A stretch of 64,000 nt of DNA from Anthoceros angustus. Taxonomy: Eukaryota; Plantae; Anthocerotophyta. The stretch is taken from positions 1,426,001 through 1,490,000 of the forward strand of contig MU008164.1 in NCBI GenBank assembly GCA_010909165.1. Direction: 5' to 3'. The stretch's first letter is position 1. Every line of letters begins with the position of its first letter. Positions 63,417-64,000 of the stretch are shown here, one piece after another. Under the pieces are notes generated by a model. It ran no database searches, had not been told where the DNA came from, and saw only the letters and a program-made list of their open reading frames with translations. The position numbers and the translations under genes were made by a program.

Positions 63417-64000
63417 TCATACTTTGGACTGAGCAAGTTACATCAATTAAAAGTGTTGTGAGCTGTGCAGGCTGCACACAAACTATGATACTAAATTTAG
63501 TTTTATGAAAAAAAAGAATATAAGAAATGCTAGAGCTGATAATTATCATGTACCATTCGTAGTTGTTATGGACACGTTTAGAGGAACCATGGTTGGCCAT
63601 CGTCCATGGCATTTTGTAGACTGGCTCTTAGCTTGGGAGCTGCGTTACCTAGAACCAAGTTTTGTTTGCAAGTAAAGGTCAAGTTATATCAATTAATATT
63701 GTTGTGAGATGTGAGACATAATTACTGAATAAGTTACAACAATCAAAAGTGTTGTGAGCTGTGAGAACAGCGGCAAGATTCCCTCAAAACATAGGAAGCG
63801 AAGAGGGCTAGAGTATTATATTATTTAATAATATAAAATTCAAAATATTAGAAACCATGTAAAATAATAAAATACATGAAGGTGGTAATCATAATATATT
63901 TAGATATTTTTAAATCAGGTGCGAATTTCTCTGGAACGGACTGCAAATCTGCTGGCCGACAACCACCTTCACAATCCCCAGAAATCCAGACGTGGAAGTT

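Overview
Eukaryotic nuclear DNA from a compact plant genome with GC-rich exons and mostly ~70-130 bp GT-AG introns. The PPR protein with long-L motifs and a spliced cyanobacterial-type GIY-YIG gene suggest a non-seed land plant, probably a hornwort (inference). Two repeat islands interrupt gene-dense blocks. (1) 1-16391 is a head-to-tail array of a ~6.75 kb composite unit: two full copies plus three internally deleted copies. Each full unit holds a CRE-like non-LTR RT remnant, a tail-to-tail inverted pair of intronless AT-rich Ser/Thr kinase pseudogenes, a copia RT/RNaseH remnant and unidentified coding-like fragments. (2) ~41900-48880 contains CRE-like RT/restriction-like-endonuclease remnants with local tandem duplications, including one 5'-truncated copy with a clean 10-bp target-site duplication. 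Host genes: EF-hand/TPR/ZZ protein, LRR protein, proteasome RPN1, PLS-E+ PPR, SLC35/TPT-family transporter, plastid GIY-YIG-like protein, coiled-coil protein of unknown function, Tim17-like, NOXY2/NFD6-like, mitochondrial RPL11, an unknown TM protein, P5CDH and an F-box protein. No rRNA, tRNA or CRISPR array was recognised. All calls are by eye, and repeat boundaries are approximate.
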